Source: Eledone cirrhosa (Eukaryota). Taken from it: DNA of 64,000 nucleotides. A program made the translations under genes and the position numbers. A model generated the notes under the pieces. The model searched no databases. It saw only the letters and a program-made list of their open reading frames with translations, and was not told the origin of the DNA. The stretch spans positions 54,808,001 to 54,872,000 of the forward strand of contig OZ024742.1 in the NCBI GenBank assembly GCA_964016885.1, given 5' to 3'. Every line of letters starts with the position of its first letter. Within the stretch, counting starts at the first letter, position 1. This document shows positions 15,146-32,946 of this stretch, one piece after another.

Positions 15146-15859
15146 GCAAGAGCTCAAGCCGTTTCGACGGCTATTTCTGGATGTATATATATATATAACG
15201 AGGGGGTTGTGGTAAGGAACCAGATGGACCATAACGGACCAGAGTATTCAACACTTAGGGTAGTAGATTGGGTAATAGGAGAAAGTATGACCCCGAAGGC
15301 AGAGCTCTCAAACCGTTTCGACGGCTATTTCTGGACTCGGAGTTGTAGACATCTGTTGTGTCTGGGTTTGAATTTATTACCCTTGACCAGTTGGAAAAGG
15401 TCGTTCTCGAAGCGTGAGAGCATAGGGTTCGGTGGGGGAGATTTGTAGGTATTGAATCCGTATCTCTCCTTGGTATCGACGTCCTGATTGTCGCGGTATC
15501 TATCGTAGAAAAATGTTCTCTATCTTAGTCTTTTCGTAAAAATGTCGATGTTTTGCGAAATATATATATTCGATATGTAAATATATATATTTGTAGTAAG
15601 GTTGCTTGCATGCGACCATAGGTGGTATGCCGGTTGAGCACTCTATGCTCCTTCAGAGCAGAGTATAATAATATGGAAAACGAATAATCAGTGATGCCGT
15701 CGGGGTTAAACGTTTTCCTATTACCCACTCTAAGTATTGAGTACTCTGGTGCGTTATGGTCCATCTGGTTCCTTACCACACCTCCCTCGTTATATATACA
15801 TATATATATATATATATACAGATATACATATATACATTTAATAAATTGTGTTTTGATGC

Positions 15860-15896
<37 letters not shown>

Positions 15897-16072
15897 TCGA
15901 AACACAGTTTATTAAATTTATTAAATGTATATATATGTATATATAACAAGGGAGGTGTGGTAAAGAACCAGAAGGACCATAACGCACCAGCGTACTCAAT
16001 GCTTAGGGTAGTAGAGTGGGTAATAGAAAACGTTTAACTCCGACGGCAGAGCTCAATCCGTTTCGACGGCTA
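15146..16072 (-). mobile_element. Rearranged PLE fragment: N-terminal ORF remnant with three terminal-repeat copies
   Basis: rc 15340-15560 reads KRLR*RTFFY...[29 protein letters not shown] (PLE N-terminal motif); repeat at 15193-15300(+), 15696-15795(-), 15943-16072(+). Confidence 0.65.
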
Positions 16073-16074
16073 TG

Positions 16075-16105
<31 letters not shown>

Positions 16106-16106
<1 letters not shown>

Positions 16107-16906
16107 CTCTATTCTAGGGCGGGTAAAATTCCCGAGATCCATGGACGAGATCTCTCCAGCGGTCTCTGTCCCTCATTATCGATGCCATGTCCTGTGTCAC
16201 CAAAAGACCGGTGTCTGTCCCTAGCGCACCAACATACGTTAACCTTGGAGTTAAGGCGAAAAAGATATCAGATGTTGAATTTGCCGGCGACGTAGTTTTG
16301 GTGACAAATACAGTGAAGGAGGCAGAGGATTTGATGCAGGAGGTTGAGACTATGTCGATGAGTGTGGGGTTGAGAATGAATGAGACTAAAACAAAATATC
16401 TGGTAGAGAATGTTGAGAGGCCAGATGGGATCACTATTGAAGGCGAGAAGCAGCTAGATTTGGTTGAGAACTTCCCGTATTTGGGTGCAAAGTTTGGGAA
16501 TACTGAAAAGGATGTGGTTGAGAGGAAGAGCAAAACCTGGACGGCATGCCACAGCTTGAGATCGGTGTGGGAGTCGGACCTTCGTAAAGAGCTGAAAATC
16601 CTCCACTTCAATGCTGTAGTGGAGTCTGTGCTGCTGTATGGGTCTGAGACTTGGACACTGACCAAGAAACTCACTCAGATGGTCGATGGGTGCTCCACGA
16701 GAAGGCTGAGGATGGCTCTAAACATTAACCAGTATACACTGAGGATGAAAAACTCAGAGCTGTATGGGAGCCTCCCAAATGTCAGCTCAAAAGTGACACA
16801 GAGGAGACTGAGCATAGCTGGACATGATCACCGACATCCAGAGTTAACATTGCACTTAGTGCTCCCGTGGAAACACTGGAAGAAGAAGACCAAGGTTAAC
16901 GTATGT

Positions 16907-16908
<2 letters not shown>
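16106..16908. pseudogene. RTE-clade LINE 3' fragment with 5' inversion
   Basis: +16250-16908: EFAGDVVL, GLRMNETKTK, FPYLG, VESVLLYGSETWTLTK; -16106-16248: ..MRDRDRWRDLV..* C-terminus. Confidence 0.85.
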
Positions 16909-16976
<68 letters not shown>

Positions 16977-17082
16977 ATATATATATATAAATATATATAT
17001 AAATATATATATACATATATATTTGTATATACATACACATATATATGTATATACATATATATATACATATATATGTATATAC

Positions 17083-17113
<31 letters not shown>

Positions 17114-17599
17114 CATATATATTTACACATATATATATATACATATATATATGTATATACATATATATATATATACACATATATATATACACATATATAT
17201 ATGTATATGCATATATAGATACATATATATATATATGTATATACATATATATATACATATATCTACATATATATATACATATATATATATATGTATATAA
17301 ATATATATATATACATACATATATATATGTATATACATATATATTTACATATATATATATGTATATACATATATATATATACATATATATGTATATACAA
17401 ATATATTTACATATATATGTATATACATATATAAATATACATATATATATACATATATATATATGTATATACATATATATATACATATATATATATGTAT
17501 ATACATATATATATATATATATCCTTAGAATTATTAGATAAAATATATACCATTTCCTCTCCCAATTAGCATAATGAACCATATAAAAAATCAGTTAGA

Positions 17600-17820
17600 C
17601 CAGGCTATAAGAATAAAGGTATTTATTGCTATCATAACATGAGATTAATTTATTAACCTTATTCCTAGTTCTTTCTATTCTATTCCGAAATATTCTCCTA
17701 TACAAGGGGCAGCTCCCATTTGTATCATTATTTCCCATTTTTTTCCATTTGGTTCTGGCCCCTCTATATACACACATTTCCAGATAAAGAATCTTGCTAA
17801 ACAAATTCTGAACCGAAATA
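17600..17820 (-). mobile_element. Fragment of the 49836-55520 PLE family
   Basis: [25 protein letters not shown]...YDSNKY on minus, joined to a plus-oriented 3' tail agataaagaatcttgctaaacaaatt. Confidence 0.8.
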
Positions 17821-18049
17821 AATATATATACATATATATATATATACATATATATATATACATATATACATATACATATATATGTATATATATATATATG
17901 TATATACATATATATGTATACATATATATATATATACATATATATATATACATATATATATATACATATATACATATACATATATGTATACATATATATA
18001 TATGTATATACATATATATATATGTATACATATATATATATGTATATAC

Positions 18050-18080
<31 letters not shown>

Positions 18081-18103
18081 CATATATATATACATATATA
18101 TAC

Positions 18104-18166
<63 letters not shown>

Positions 18167-18335
18167 CATATATATATACATATATATACATATATATACA
18201 TATATATACATATATATACATATATATATATACATATATATACATATATATGCATATATATACATATATATATATACATATATATACATATATATACATA
18301 TATATATAAACATATATATATATATACATATATAC

Positions 18336-18406
<71 letters not shown>

Positions 18407-18407
18407 C

Positions 18408-18438
<31 letters not shown>

Positions 18439-18475
18439 CATATATATATACATATATATACATATATATATATAC

Positions 18476-18933
18476 ATGAAAGACGTAAAATAAGATGCAG
18501 AACAATTATATGAAAGACGTAAAATAAGAAAATTTTAAAAATTAAAAATCAACTTACTAAAATGTTCACTCCAACTAATTTGTTTCTGTAATGGGATAAA
18601 TATAGTTACATAATATATATAACTATAGAGAATTCATTACGTCATCAGGGAGTCTATTCTCAGCTAAGTTCCCAGGCAATGCGCGGACACTAGGAACCCA
18701 TATAAAAATAATAATTCAGTAGATGGAATGAAGCTAGCGAGGACTAAATTCCGGAGCACTGAAAAAATTTCACCGCCTCTGGTCAGTGGCAGATTCTAAA
18801 GAATCAATCACGTGACACCGAGGTTAATCAGTTAGGAGCGGGGTGGTATTATGTCAAGAGCCTACTACTACCATGAAACAGCAGTAAATTTTGGCAAGTT
18901 TTGCTCAACAAATAATTTGGAGATAAATATAGA
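18476..18933 (-). mobile_element. Monomer of ~530-bp HHR repeat (family E), HHR at 18568-18653
   Basis: Aligns to 28735-29172. Confidence 0.85.
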
Positions 18934-18942
18934 GACATATAC

Positions 18943-19035
<93 letters not shown>

Positions 19036-19430
19036 CATATATATACATATATATATACATATATATATATATATACATATATATACATATATATATATAT
19101 ACATATATATACATATATATTTATATATACATATATATATATACATATATATACATATATATATATACATATATATACATATATATATATATACATATAT
19201 ATATATACATATATATACATATAAATATATTCATATATATACATATATATATATACATATATATATATATACATATATATATACATATATATATATACAT
19301 ATATATATATATACATATATATATATACATATATATATATACATATATATATATACATTTATATATATATACATATATATATACATATATATATATATAC
19401 ATATATATACATATATATATACATACATAT

Positions 19431-19463
<33 letters not shown>

Positions 19464-19678
19464 CATACATATATATATATACATACATACATATATATAT
19501 ATATACATACATATATATATATATATACATACATATATATATATATATACATACATATATATATATATACATACATATATATATATACATACATATATAT
19601 GTATATATATATATATATACATACATATATATACATACACATATATATATATATATACATACATATATATATACATAC

Positions 19679-19711
<33 letters not shown>

Positions 19712-19722
19712 CATATATATAT

Positions 19723-19767
<45 letters not shown>

Positions 19768-19845
19768 CATACATATATATATGCATATATATATATACAT
19801 ATATATATGCATATATATATATACATATATATATACATACATATA

Positions 19846-20171
19846 CTCTTTTACTCTTTTACCTGTTTCAGCCATCCGGCTGAGGCCATGCTGGGGCACC
19901 GCCCTTGTTGCTACACATTTTATCTCTAGGCTGTATAGGTTGGCCCCTGGTGTAAGAGGGAGTTTGTTGCTGCTGTCCTTCGGTTTCCCTCGTGTCTTGC
20001 TGTGGGCTCATCCGGGATCCTGGATAACAAGGTGTCGAGATGTTTCTTAAAGACATCCACCACCACATCATGCAATTCTCTCAGATCCCTCGGCAGCCTG
20101 TCGACGAGTTGAGGGCCCTTGAATCCCAGGCTATTGCAATACCTGCTCCTTATTCTAGATGTGGAAGACGG
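19846..20171 (-). mobile_element. 3' end of CR1/L2-group LINE family B
   Basis: Matches 43718-44045; tail (gtaaaaga)2. Confidence 0.9.
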
Positions 20172-20184
20172 GAGCTTCTATATG

Positions 20185-20309
<125 letters not shown>

Positions 20310-20366
20310 CATATATATTTATATACATACATATATATATATATACATATATATTTATATACATAC

Positions 20367-20459
<93 letters not shown>

Positions 20460-20511
20460 CATATATACATATATATATACGAACATATATATATACATAT
20501 ATATATATATG

Positions 20512-20551
<40 letters not shown>

Positions 20552-20622
20552 TACATATATACGAACATATATATATACATATATATATATATATACACAT
20601 ATATATATACATATATATATAC

Positions 20623-20653
<31 letters not shown>

Positions 20654-20712
20654 CATATATATATATACATATATATATACATATATATATATACATATAT
20701 ATATATACATAC

Positions 20713-20743
<31 letters not shown>

Positions 20744-20756
20744 CATATATACATAT

Positions 20757-20868
20757 ATTGTTATACTTGGGGAGGGTCATATTTGCGTAATATTGCCAGA
20801 ATTAATAACAGAACACACTCACTGTTTGGTTGGTTTTCGCTTCTCGCTGTCTTTTATTATATCTGCGA

Positions 20869-20870
<2 letters not shown>
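20757..20870 (-). mobile_element. Short PLE terminus fragment
   Basis: attgttatacttggggagggtcat...aacagaacacactcactgtttggttgg matches 11482-11560. Confidence 0.7.
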
Positions 20871-20904
<34 letters not shown>

Positions 20905-21015
20905 TATATACATATATATATATACATACATATATATATACATATATATGTATACATACATATATATATACATATATATATATACATATATATATATATA
21001 CATATATATATATAC

Positions 21016-21156
<141 letters not shown>

Positions 21157-21183
21157 CCTATATATATATATACATATATATGT

Positions 21184-21246
<63 letters not shown>

Positions 21247-21249
21247 TAT

Positions 21250-22407
21250 TCTTTTACTCTTTTACCTGCTCCAGCCACCCGGCTGAGGCCCTGCTGGGGC
21301 ACCGCCCTTGTTGCTACACATTTTATCTCCAGTCTGTATAGGTTGGCCACTGGTGTAAGAGGGAGTTTTTTGCTGCTGTTTGATTACCTCGTGCCTTGCT
21401 GTGAGTTCGTCCGGGATCCTGGATAAGAAGGTGTCGAGATGTTTCTTGAAGACATCCACCTCCACGTCATGCAAATCTCTCAGATTCCTCGGCAGCTTGT
21501 TGAAGAGTTGAGGGGCCTTGAATCCCAGGCTATTGCAATACCTGCTCCTTATTCTAGACGTGAAAGACGGGACCGTTGGCACGACACAGTGACGTCCTCT
21601 TCGACGGTTGGTCCAGCGAGTCGTCTGCACATTGTCGCCACTTTCATGATGTGTGAAGAAAAAGATGCATCATCACTCATGTCTATGCCCAGGTCTCGTA
21701 TCGATTTTGACACGGGGTTATCGGTCCCTCCTGGTCCTGTGTAGTTGTGTTGTACTATATTTGTGTTTGCAGGTTTGTTTGGAGGTTTGTATTGTAGGGC
21801 TTGGAATTTACCAGCATTAAACTGCATGTTGTTTTCTTCCGCCCATTTGTATATGGCATCCAGATCCTGCTGTAAAAGGACAGCGTCAGCCGGTTTTTTG
21901 ATTGCCTGTGCTATCTTAGTGTCATCAGCATAGCTAGTGAGGGATGTTGTTGTATGTACTACAGAGGGCATGTCTGAGAGAGCCACCAAAAACAGTAGTG
22001 GTCCCAGGACTGTCCCCTGGAGCCCCCCACTTGTTATTGGTGTTTCCTTAGAGAGGGCCCCATTTGCTGCGACTGCCTGGCTTCTGTCCTTTAGGAAGTC
22101 ATGCAGCCAATCACCTACTTTTCCAGTTATGCCGAGTCCGTGTAGTTTGTGACATATCATTCCGTGGTCGACCTTGTCAAAGGCTTTCGCAAAGTCAAGA
22201 TATATCACGTCGACATGTGAGCTGTCTAGTAGTTGTTTCAGTACCCAGTCGTAGTGATGTAGCAGCTGTGTAAGACAGCTTCTTCCTGGGCAAAAGCCAT
22301 ATCGCGTGCTCGTCAGCGGTCACTTTCCTCGAGGAAAGGGATCAGTTTCTTTCTGACGACTCGCTCCATGACCTTACTGATATGCGACGTCAGGGAGACT
22401 GGCCTAT
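21250..22407 (-). pseudogene. LINE family B RT, 5'-truncated with internal deletion
   Basis: [32 protein letters not shown]; ~310 bp missing at 21617 relative to 44085-44400. Confidence 0.9.
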
Positions 22408-22410
22408 AGT

Positions 22411-22441
<31 letters not shown>

Positions 22442-22471
22442 ATCGTCAGGGAGACTGGCCTATATATATAC

Positions 22472-22530
<59 letters not shown>

Positions 22531-22563
22531 TACATATATACATATATATATTCATATATATAT

Positions 22564-22596
<33 letters not shown>

Positions 22597-22703
22597 TATA
22601 TACATATATATATTCATATATATATATACATATATACATATACATTTATATATATATATATATACATATATATATTCATATATATATATATATACATATA
22701 TAC

Positions 22704-22740
<37 letters not shown>

Positions 22741-22891
22741 TATATTCATATATATATATATACATATATACATATACATATATATATATATATACATCTA
22801 TACATATATATATATATATATATATACATATATACATATACATTTATATATACATATATACATATACATATATATATATATACATATATAC

Positions 22892-22996
<105 letters not shown>

Positions 22997-23002
22997 CATA
23001 CG

Positions 23003-23188
<186 letters not shown>

Positions 23189-23246
23189 CATATATATATA
23201 TACATATATATATATATACATAGATACATTTATATGTATATACATG

Positions 23247-23348
<102 letters not shown>

Positions 23349-23364
23349 CATATATACATACATA

Positions 23365-23400
<36 letters not shown>

Positions 23401-23547
23401 AATACTTAGCTTAATAGGAGTTAGGTATTGTATACCCATGTCCCATTAAGGTATTGGCAGCATAATAATTAGCTCTATGCTTTGGAGCAGAGCCGTATAT
23501 ATGATAAAGAACACAAGAGCGTCTACAACATCAAAAGATTTTTATTG

Positions 23548-23592
23548 GCTTACAATGTTTCCTCCTTACGTAACCGTAGGATTCGTCAGAGC
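23548..23592 (-). ncRNA. Type I hammerhead
   Basis: rc: gct-CTGACGA-a-TCCT-ACG-gtta-CGT-a-AGGA-g-GAAAC-att-GTA-agc; mirror copy at 28313-28357 (+) with damaged stem II. Confidence 0.7.
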
Positions 23593-23926
23593 TATAAAAG
23601 GGGTTTGATTGGTGTTATGGACTCTACCAACCAACCATTCAAGAACAAAGAGTAAAGAGAGTAAAGAGCAAAAGCAGGGGACGATAAGTCTAATTTTGGT
23701 GCGGTGGGGTGGGGTGTGGGTCCTTGTTTACTAGCTGTGGTCATATTCACTCCCGGGAGTCGAGTGGTTAGTTGAGCCATAGATGGGGTGGCGTCGATAG
23801 TAGGGTGCAGAGGGTGTGCAGAGGCTACACACACACAAAGGGCATACAATATATATATAACGGGGGAGAAATTACATGAGGTAATTAGAAATGGAAAAAG
23901 AGTATTAATAATAATCTATAATTAAT

Positions 23927-24105
23927 TGTTTCTACTTTAGGCACAAGGCCAGCAAATACCCAGTGCATTACTGGTACTTTATTTTATCGACCCCGTAAGG
24001 ATGAAAGGCAAAGTCAACCTCGGCGGGATTTGAACTCAGATCGTAAAGGGACGTAACTATGCTGGAAAGCATGGCGTCCGACCCTCTACCGATACTGCCA
24101 ATCCA
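23927..24105 (-). mobile_element. tRNA-derived SINE
   Basis: Box A TGGCAGTATCGG and box B GAGTTCAAATCC on minus; 11-bp TSD ctataattaat (23916-23926, 24106-24116); absent from the other arm. Confidence 0.9.
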
Positions 24106-25643
24106 CTATAATTAATAATGTATAATAAGGCATGGGGAAGATTACACTATAATAATGTATAAATGTAAGAATAAGGTAAAATATAAAGGAGGATAAAGTG
24201 AAAATAAGAATAAAGATAAAAATATATATATATAAATAAAAATAAAAGAATATATAGAGAATATATAAAGAAATATAAGCAAGTTTTAGAAAGGGAAAAA
24301 CACAATGTAAAAAAAACAATTTTTTCAAATAAAAATATAAATATGGGGGGAGAAAACGGGATAGAGAAATATAATCAAATGTGATTAGTTGAGAGAATAT
24401 AAGATGATAATAGTTATGTCAAGTTTATACAACTTAATAATAAATAATCTGTATATTAGAGTTACACATCCTTCAATTCATTTGCAGGTTCAGCCCACGT
24501 GGCATAGTCCATTGTTCATCTGTGCGGTCATGTGCGTTTGTTTTTGACACCACAGCAGATGCACAAGTTCGTAAATTCCAATGCAGATAGAAATCTATTT
24601 TTGCTCACCCAGACATTGACGGAGGATCCAATATTCCTAGGTCAATATGTGTGTGGTGTTATTTTGGTCGCACAAATCAATCACTTGGTTCAATATTATG
24701 GAGTATGGTTTCCTGGTCTTCGTAACAGTGTCAGTGGTTGTATATCTCGAAATCACAAGGATCACAGTACTCCGGTTTGGTGTGATTATCGGTCATCCAA
24801 CTATGTTGTCGGTGGTTGGATTCAATTCTATTGCCCCGAACGTAGAACTTTGGTGTCGATTGAACATTAACGAGGCAGAGTGAGATCGCATCTGTGGTAC
24901 AAAACGGTACGCAAGGAAATTCTTCGTCTTCGTTTTTGTTTCATCCGGGTCCAGCAGTCACGTGCAAGAACCGCTACGTAGTAATTGTGAGGGTAATCGG
25001 TCAAGATAGTAACTGACCGAAAATTCTCTTAGGAATTCAGACAGGCATGGCAGGTACATTTAGGTCAGCAGTTTCCTTATGTGTACGTGTGTCCGATACA
25101 TACAGATACGTATTTATATGTATTTCAACTCAAAAAATTCAATTGATTCGCTTATTGTTATTATAACTCTGTTGGTCCGATGTGCATGTTGTGGTGTTCT
25201 GGTCGTGTTTAGCATTCACTGTGTTTTGCCATTACCTTGGAATGTGATGTTATGGTCATCAATAGTCCGGCAAGCGCATTCCTCTCTTATATTGTGGAGA
25301 ATGGTGTTCTGGTCCTCAGTAAACATTTGGGACAGCAGGAGGGGTGGTGGTTCTCAGTTCCAACTGCGACAATACATATGTGTTACTCTACATATCGTGC
25401 TCCTCTCAAAGAAGAGTATTATAGGAGGAATTCATGCCAAACACCACATATAGAGAAGACTTCTACAGAAAAAATATACATACATACACACATATATACA
25501 TATCATACACGCACATATATACATATACACATACACACATATATACATATCATACACGCACATATATACATATACACATACACACATATATACACATACA
25601 TATCACATATACACATACACACAATATAATACACTTGTATACA

Positions 25644-25682
<39 letters not shown>

Positions 25683-28449
25683 ATACATGTATACAATACA
25701 CGTACACATGCATGCATGCATGCACACATGTACGCACACATATATACATATGTTTGTGTGTGTGTGTGAGAGAGAGACAAAAGGAGAATACACACACACA
25801 CACACACATACACACACACTCATACACACACACACAAACACCAACCTTGTATGGGACTGTTCCACCCCTAGGCTACCTATCTATCTGGGTTATGGGTTGG
25901 GGGAAGCTATAGTCAAGGAGGGGTATGTCTAGGTGGGGGTTGCTTAATATATGTTGCGTCTACGTGCTAGGTTTAAAATAGAAGAAGGAACTCAGGATTT
26001 TGTGTTGGCAAGAGGAGAAAATTTCCGATTTCCTGTTAAGCAGGTTCAGTTTAGAGTGTATTATGGCATGGAATTCCAGTAAACACAGGTCACAACTCCC
26101 GCTCTGCGGTCGGTCTGGCGTGGATCTAGTAAGCTTCCCCCAAAAAAGTTTGTATGGGGTACTATTATTTTTTAAAAAGGAGATGTATCCCTCCAGTGAG
26201 GTGGCATTCTTATGTCTATCGTGTCTAAATGTTTTTTTTCATATGCGCGTTAAATCCAGTTTTAAATGTATTGGACGTTGATCCTATATATGTTTTGGTA
26301 GAGTTGTGTGTGGTTACGTCACATGCATATACGATGTTTTTCATGAGGCAATCCCCCTTAGGGGACAATTACTACTCCGCCTACAATTGCAACTGCGGGT
26401 TCGATCAGTTAGCGTACCTCCCGAACCTTGGTTACTAGCATTATCACTAGGTGCCTCTATATCATTAGATGGCTCAGTGATGCTATTATGTTGCCCATTT
26501 TCCAGTGTAGTCAGTTGCTGGTGGTTAACTGCCATTTTAATTGCTTCTAAACCTTCTCTAGTTTTCCTAATGTTCGTGCGTGCTAGGTGTGATGCGAGGT
26601 TAGATGTGGTCGAATAGGATAATTTAATCACGTTTTTGTTAATTATGGTGCGATATCTATTGCCTGGTGGGAAGTTTTTTTCTAATAATGAGAAGAATAC
26701 TCTGGGGAGGTTAGTGAGAACCTCAGAGTTAAAAGGTGGGTTAAAGTACATGTTTTTAGTTCTTCTATTTTTCTTATCTGTGGGGTGAGTCTCGTTACTG
26801 TGCGTACTATTTTGTAGGGTTCCGTTATTAACGTTAGTGGCGTTGTCTGTTTTGCTTAAGCCCGGATGGTTTATATTCATGGCATGATCATTTGCTGTTT
26901 TAGAGTTGTGGTGAGGGACTCTAGTATTGTCACTACGTGGTTTACATTTAGCTGGGTTAGCGCCATTAGGGTTCTTACTATTATTCTTGCCTCTAAGTTG
27001 GTTAGGCTTTGTGGCCATTCTATGTGTGATTATGTTGGTAGGTTTCACACTCATGGTTTGGGAGTCCTTATGTATATATGATAATCTATTCCCGTAACCA
27101 GATTCTGTTGGGCCTTGTCATAATACTCTGCATTGGAGTTGAAGATACTCTCATTACAGGACAGTCTGCTAATTCTATTAGAGACCCACTTGGGAATAGC
27201 GTTTAGGACTGATTTGGGGTGGTTGGAGCTGGCGTTTACATATGTTAGTCTATCATTAGGTTAGAATTGAATCCAACCACCCACAACATAGATGGATGAC
27301 CGATAATCACCCCAAACCGGAGTACTGTGATCCTTGTGATTTCGAGATATACAACCACTGACACTGTTACGAAGACCAGGAAACCATACTCCATAATATT
27401 GAACCAAGTGATTGATTTGTGCGACCAAAATAACACCACACACATATTGAACTAGGAATATTGGATCCTCCGTCAATGTCTGGGTGTGCAAAAATAGATT
27501 TCTATCTGCAGTAGAATTTACGAACTTGTGCATCTGCTGTGATGTCAAAAACAAACGCACATGACCACACAGATGAACAATGGACTATGCCACGTGGGTT
27601 GCACCTGCAAGTGAATTGAAGGATGTGTAACTCTAATATACAGATTATTTATTATTAAGATGTATAAATTTGACATAACTATTATCATCTTATATTCTCG
27701 CAACTAATCACATTTGATTATATTTCTCTATCCCATTTTCTCCCCCCATATTTATAATATTTTTATTTGAAAAAATCGGTTTCTTTACATTGTGTTTTTC
27801 CCTTTCTAAAACTTGCTTATATTTCTTTATATATTCTCTATATATTCTTTTATTTTTATTTATATATATATTTTTTTATCTTTATTCTTATTTTCACTTT
27901 TATCCTCCTTTATATTTTACCTTATTCTTACTTTTATAACTTATTAGAGTGTAATCTTCCCCATGCCTTATTATACATTATTAATTATAGACTATTATTA
28001 TTACTCTTTTTCCATTTCTAATTACCCCATGTACTTTCTCCTCCGTTATATATATATTGTATGCCCTTTGTGTGTGTGTAGCCTCTGCACGCCCTCTGCA
28101 CCCTACTATCGACGCCACCCCATCTATGGCTCAACTAACCACTCGACTCCCGGGAATGAATATGACCACAGCTAGTAAATAAGGACCACACCCCACCCTC
28201 CCGCACCAAAATTAGACTTATCGTCCCCTGCTTTTGCTCTTTACTCTCTTTACTCTTTGTTCTTGAATGTTTGGTTGGTAGAGTCCATAACACCAATCAA
28301 ACCTCTTTCATAGCTCTGACGAATGATACGGTTACGTAAGGAAGAAACATTGTAAGCCAATAAAAAATCTTTTGATGTTGTAGACGCTCTTGTGTTCTTT
28401 ATCATATATATATATATATATATACATACATACATATATATAAATATAC

Positions 28450-30420
<1,971 letters not shown>

Positions 30421-30447
30421 ATATATACATACATACATACATACATG

Positions 30448-30544
<97 letters not shown>

Positions 30545-30566
30545 TATATATATATATATATACATA

Positions 30567-32060
30567 TCCCAGTCTGTTCTCCCAGTTTTCAAAAAAGGAA
30601 ACAAATCCCTTGCCGTGAATTACCGTCCAATCTCACTCATCTGTCATATCATTAAGGTATTTGAGAGAGTGGTGAGATCGCGAATGACTCACTTCCTTGA
30701 GAGTAACAATATGCTGAACTCCAGCTATTCCGTAATGGAAGGGATTGCCTGACGCAGCTACTGCATCACTTTGATGACATTTTGAGAGCCTTGGGAGAGG
30801 GTTCCAACACTGATGTTATCGACCTTGATTTCAGCAAGGCCTTTGACAGGGTTGATCACAACATTCTACTGAGAAAGCTGTCCAATATTGGTGTCACTGG
30901 AAAGCTGCTGCAGTGGATCAAGAGCTTCCTGTCAAAAAGAACCCAACATGTTGTAGTCGAAGGAGTCAAATCCAGCCGAGCCAAAGTCAGTAGTGGGGTC
31001 CCACAAGGCACTGTGTTGGGCCCACTTCTCTTCATCATCTATATTAATGACATCACTGACATCATCAAACACAGAAATATTAGAATTTTCGCTGATGATT
31101 CCAAACTCCAAAAGGTCATCAATGGCGTGGATGACCGGATAAGCCTTCAGTCAGACCTATTGGCTGTTACACAATGGGCGGAAAAGAACAACATGTTACT
31201 GAACGAAGACAAATTCGAACTGATCCACTTTGGAAAAGAGGATGCTCTGAAACTCCCGTACTCCCTTCCCTCCAGTGAAACTCTCGTGGCATCTAACAAC
31301 ATCAGAGACTTGGAGTAACCGTGGACAGCAACATAAGCTGGGCCACGCATATAAGCATCAAAGTTGACATGCGCCGCAGAATGTGTTCCTGGATCCTCAG
31401 AACCTTCCAGTCGAGAGATTCCCACACCATTATCCTTCTCTTCTCTGCATTTGCCCGACCACACCTTGAATACTGTTGTCCACTGTGGTCTCCTCTCACG
31501 AAACAAAGTATCATGAAATTTGAAGCTCCCCAAAGGGCAATCAAGAAAAAGACAGATGGCATGTCAGACCTTGACTACTGGGGTCGAATAGAAAAGCTGA
31601 AACTTTATTCACTCCAACGTCATCGTGAGTGTTATATTATCTGCATGATGTGGAAAATGTTTCATCAGGACTGCCCAAATAATGTTGGCATCACCTTCAA
31701 AATACACCCTAGGCTTGGGCCCCGTCCTATCCGTCCCAAACAAAAATCTAAATCGCAACTCATAACAACAACACGGCATAATTATTTCACCTCAATTGGC
31801 CCTGCTCTCTTCAACATCACACCTGAACACGTCAAAACAGAAACTGACCACACAAATATCAAGAAGTCTTTGGACAAATTCCTCCAAGTAATCCCGGACA
31901 AACCACCCACACCCGGATATGTCTCCGCAAACAGTAATTCTCTTCTCGAATGGGCCATTGTGCCCAAATCCTGAATTGAAAGACTTCGCCAGATGGTGCT
32001 ATTAAGTTAGACATGGCCTGGGCCAATGCTGGCCAAAACATTTCAAAGTTATTCATAGTT
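30567..32060 (+). pseudogene. LINE family A RT, 5'-truncated
   Basis: [40 protein letters not shown]; tcaaagtta tail; inserted in (TA)n. Confidence 0.92.
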
Positions 32061-32160
32061 ATATATATATATACATATATCTATATATATACATATATAT
32101 ATATATATAAATATATATACATATATATATACATATATACATATATATAAATATATATAC

Positions 32161-32235
<75 letters not shown>

Positions 32236-32242
32236 TATATAC

Positions 32243-32291
<49 letters not shown>

Positions 32292-32314
32292 TATATATAC
32301 ATATATATATATAC

Positions 32315-32347
<33 letters not shown>

Positions 32348-32351
32348 CATA

Positions 32352-32459
<108 letters not shown>

Positions 32460-32460
32460 C

Positions 32461-32678
<218 letters not shown>

Positions 32679-32682
32679 GTAC

Positions 32683-32787
<105 letters not shown>

Positions 32788-32946
32788 TTGGAGCTCTGAA
32801 ATAGCAATATATATATATGAATGAATTTATAATATATTTTGAAATACACTTTATGCTTAATTAAAAGCATTTTGAAGACCGTAAGCTATTGTTTTTCAGA
32901 GTATTGACAAATTCACTTACTTTGATCTCAGCAAACAGGGTAGATA

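Larger units (their letters stand above)
23401..28408 (-). mobile_element. Penelope-like element with ~1.15-kb inverted arms
   Basis: Arms 23497-24830/27262-28408; ORF remnant ~25960-27245: SNHP, NRISRLSCNESIF, YFNPPF, KLSYSTT, CNCR..CPLRG, YIGST. Confidence 0.9.

Noticed and set aside
23927-24105. tRNA gene
   Set aside because: A/B boxes belong to a SINE with TSD and a non-tRNA 3' half; no cloverleaf
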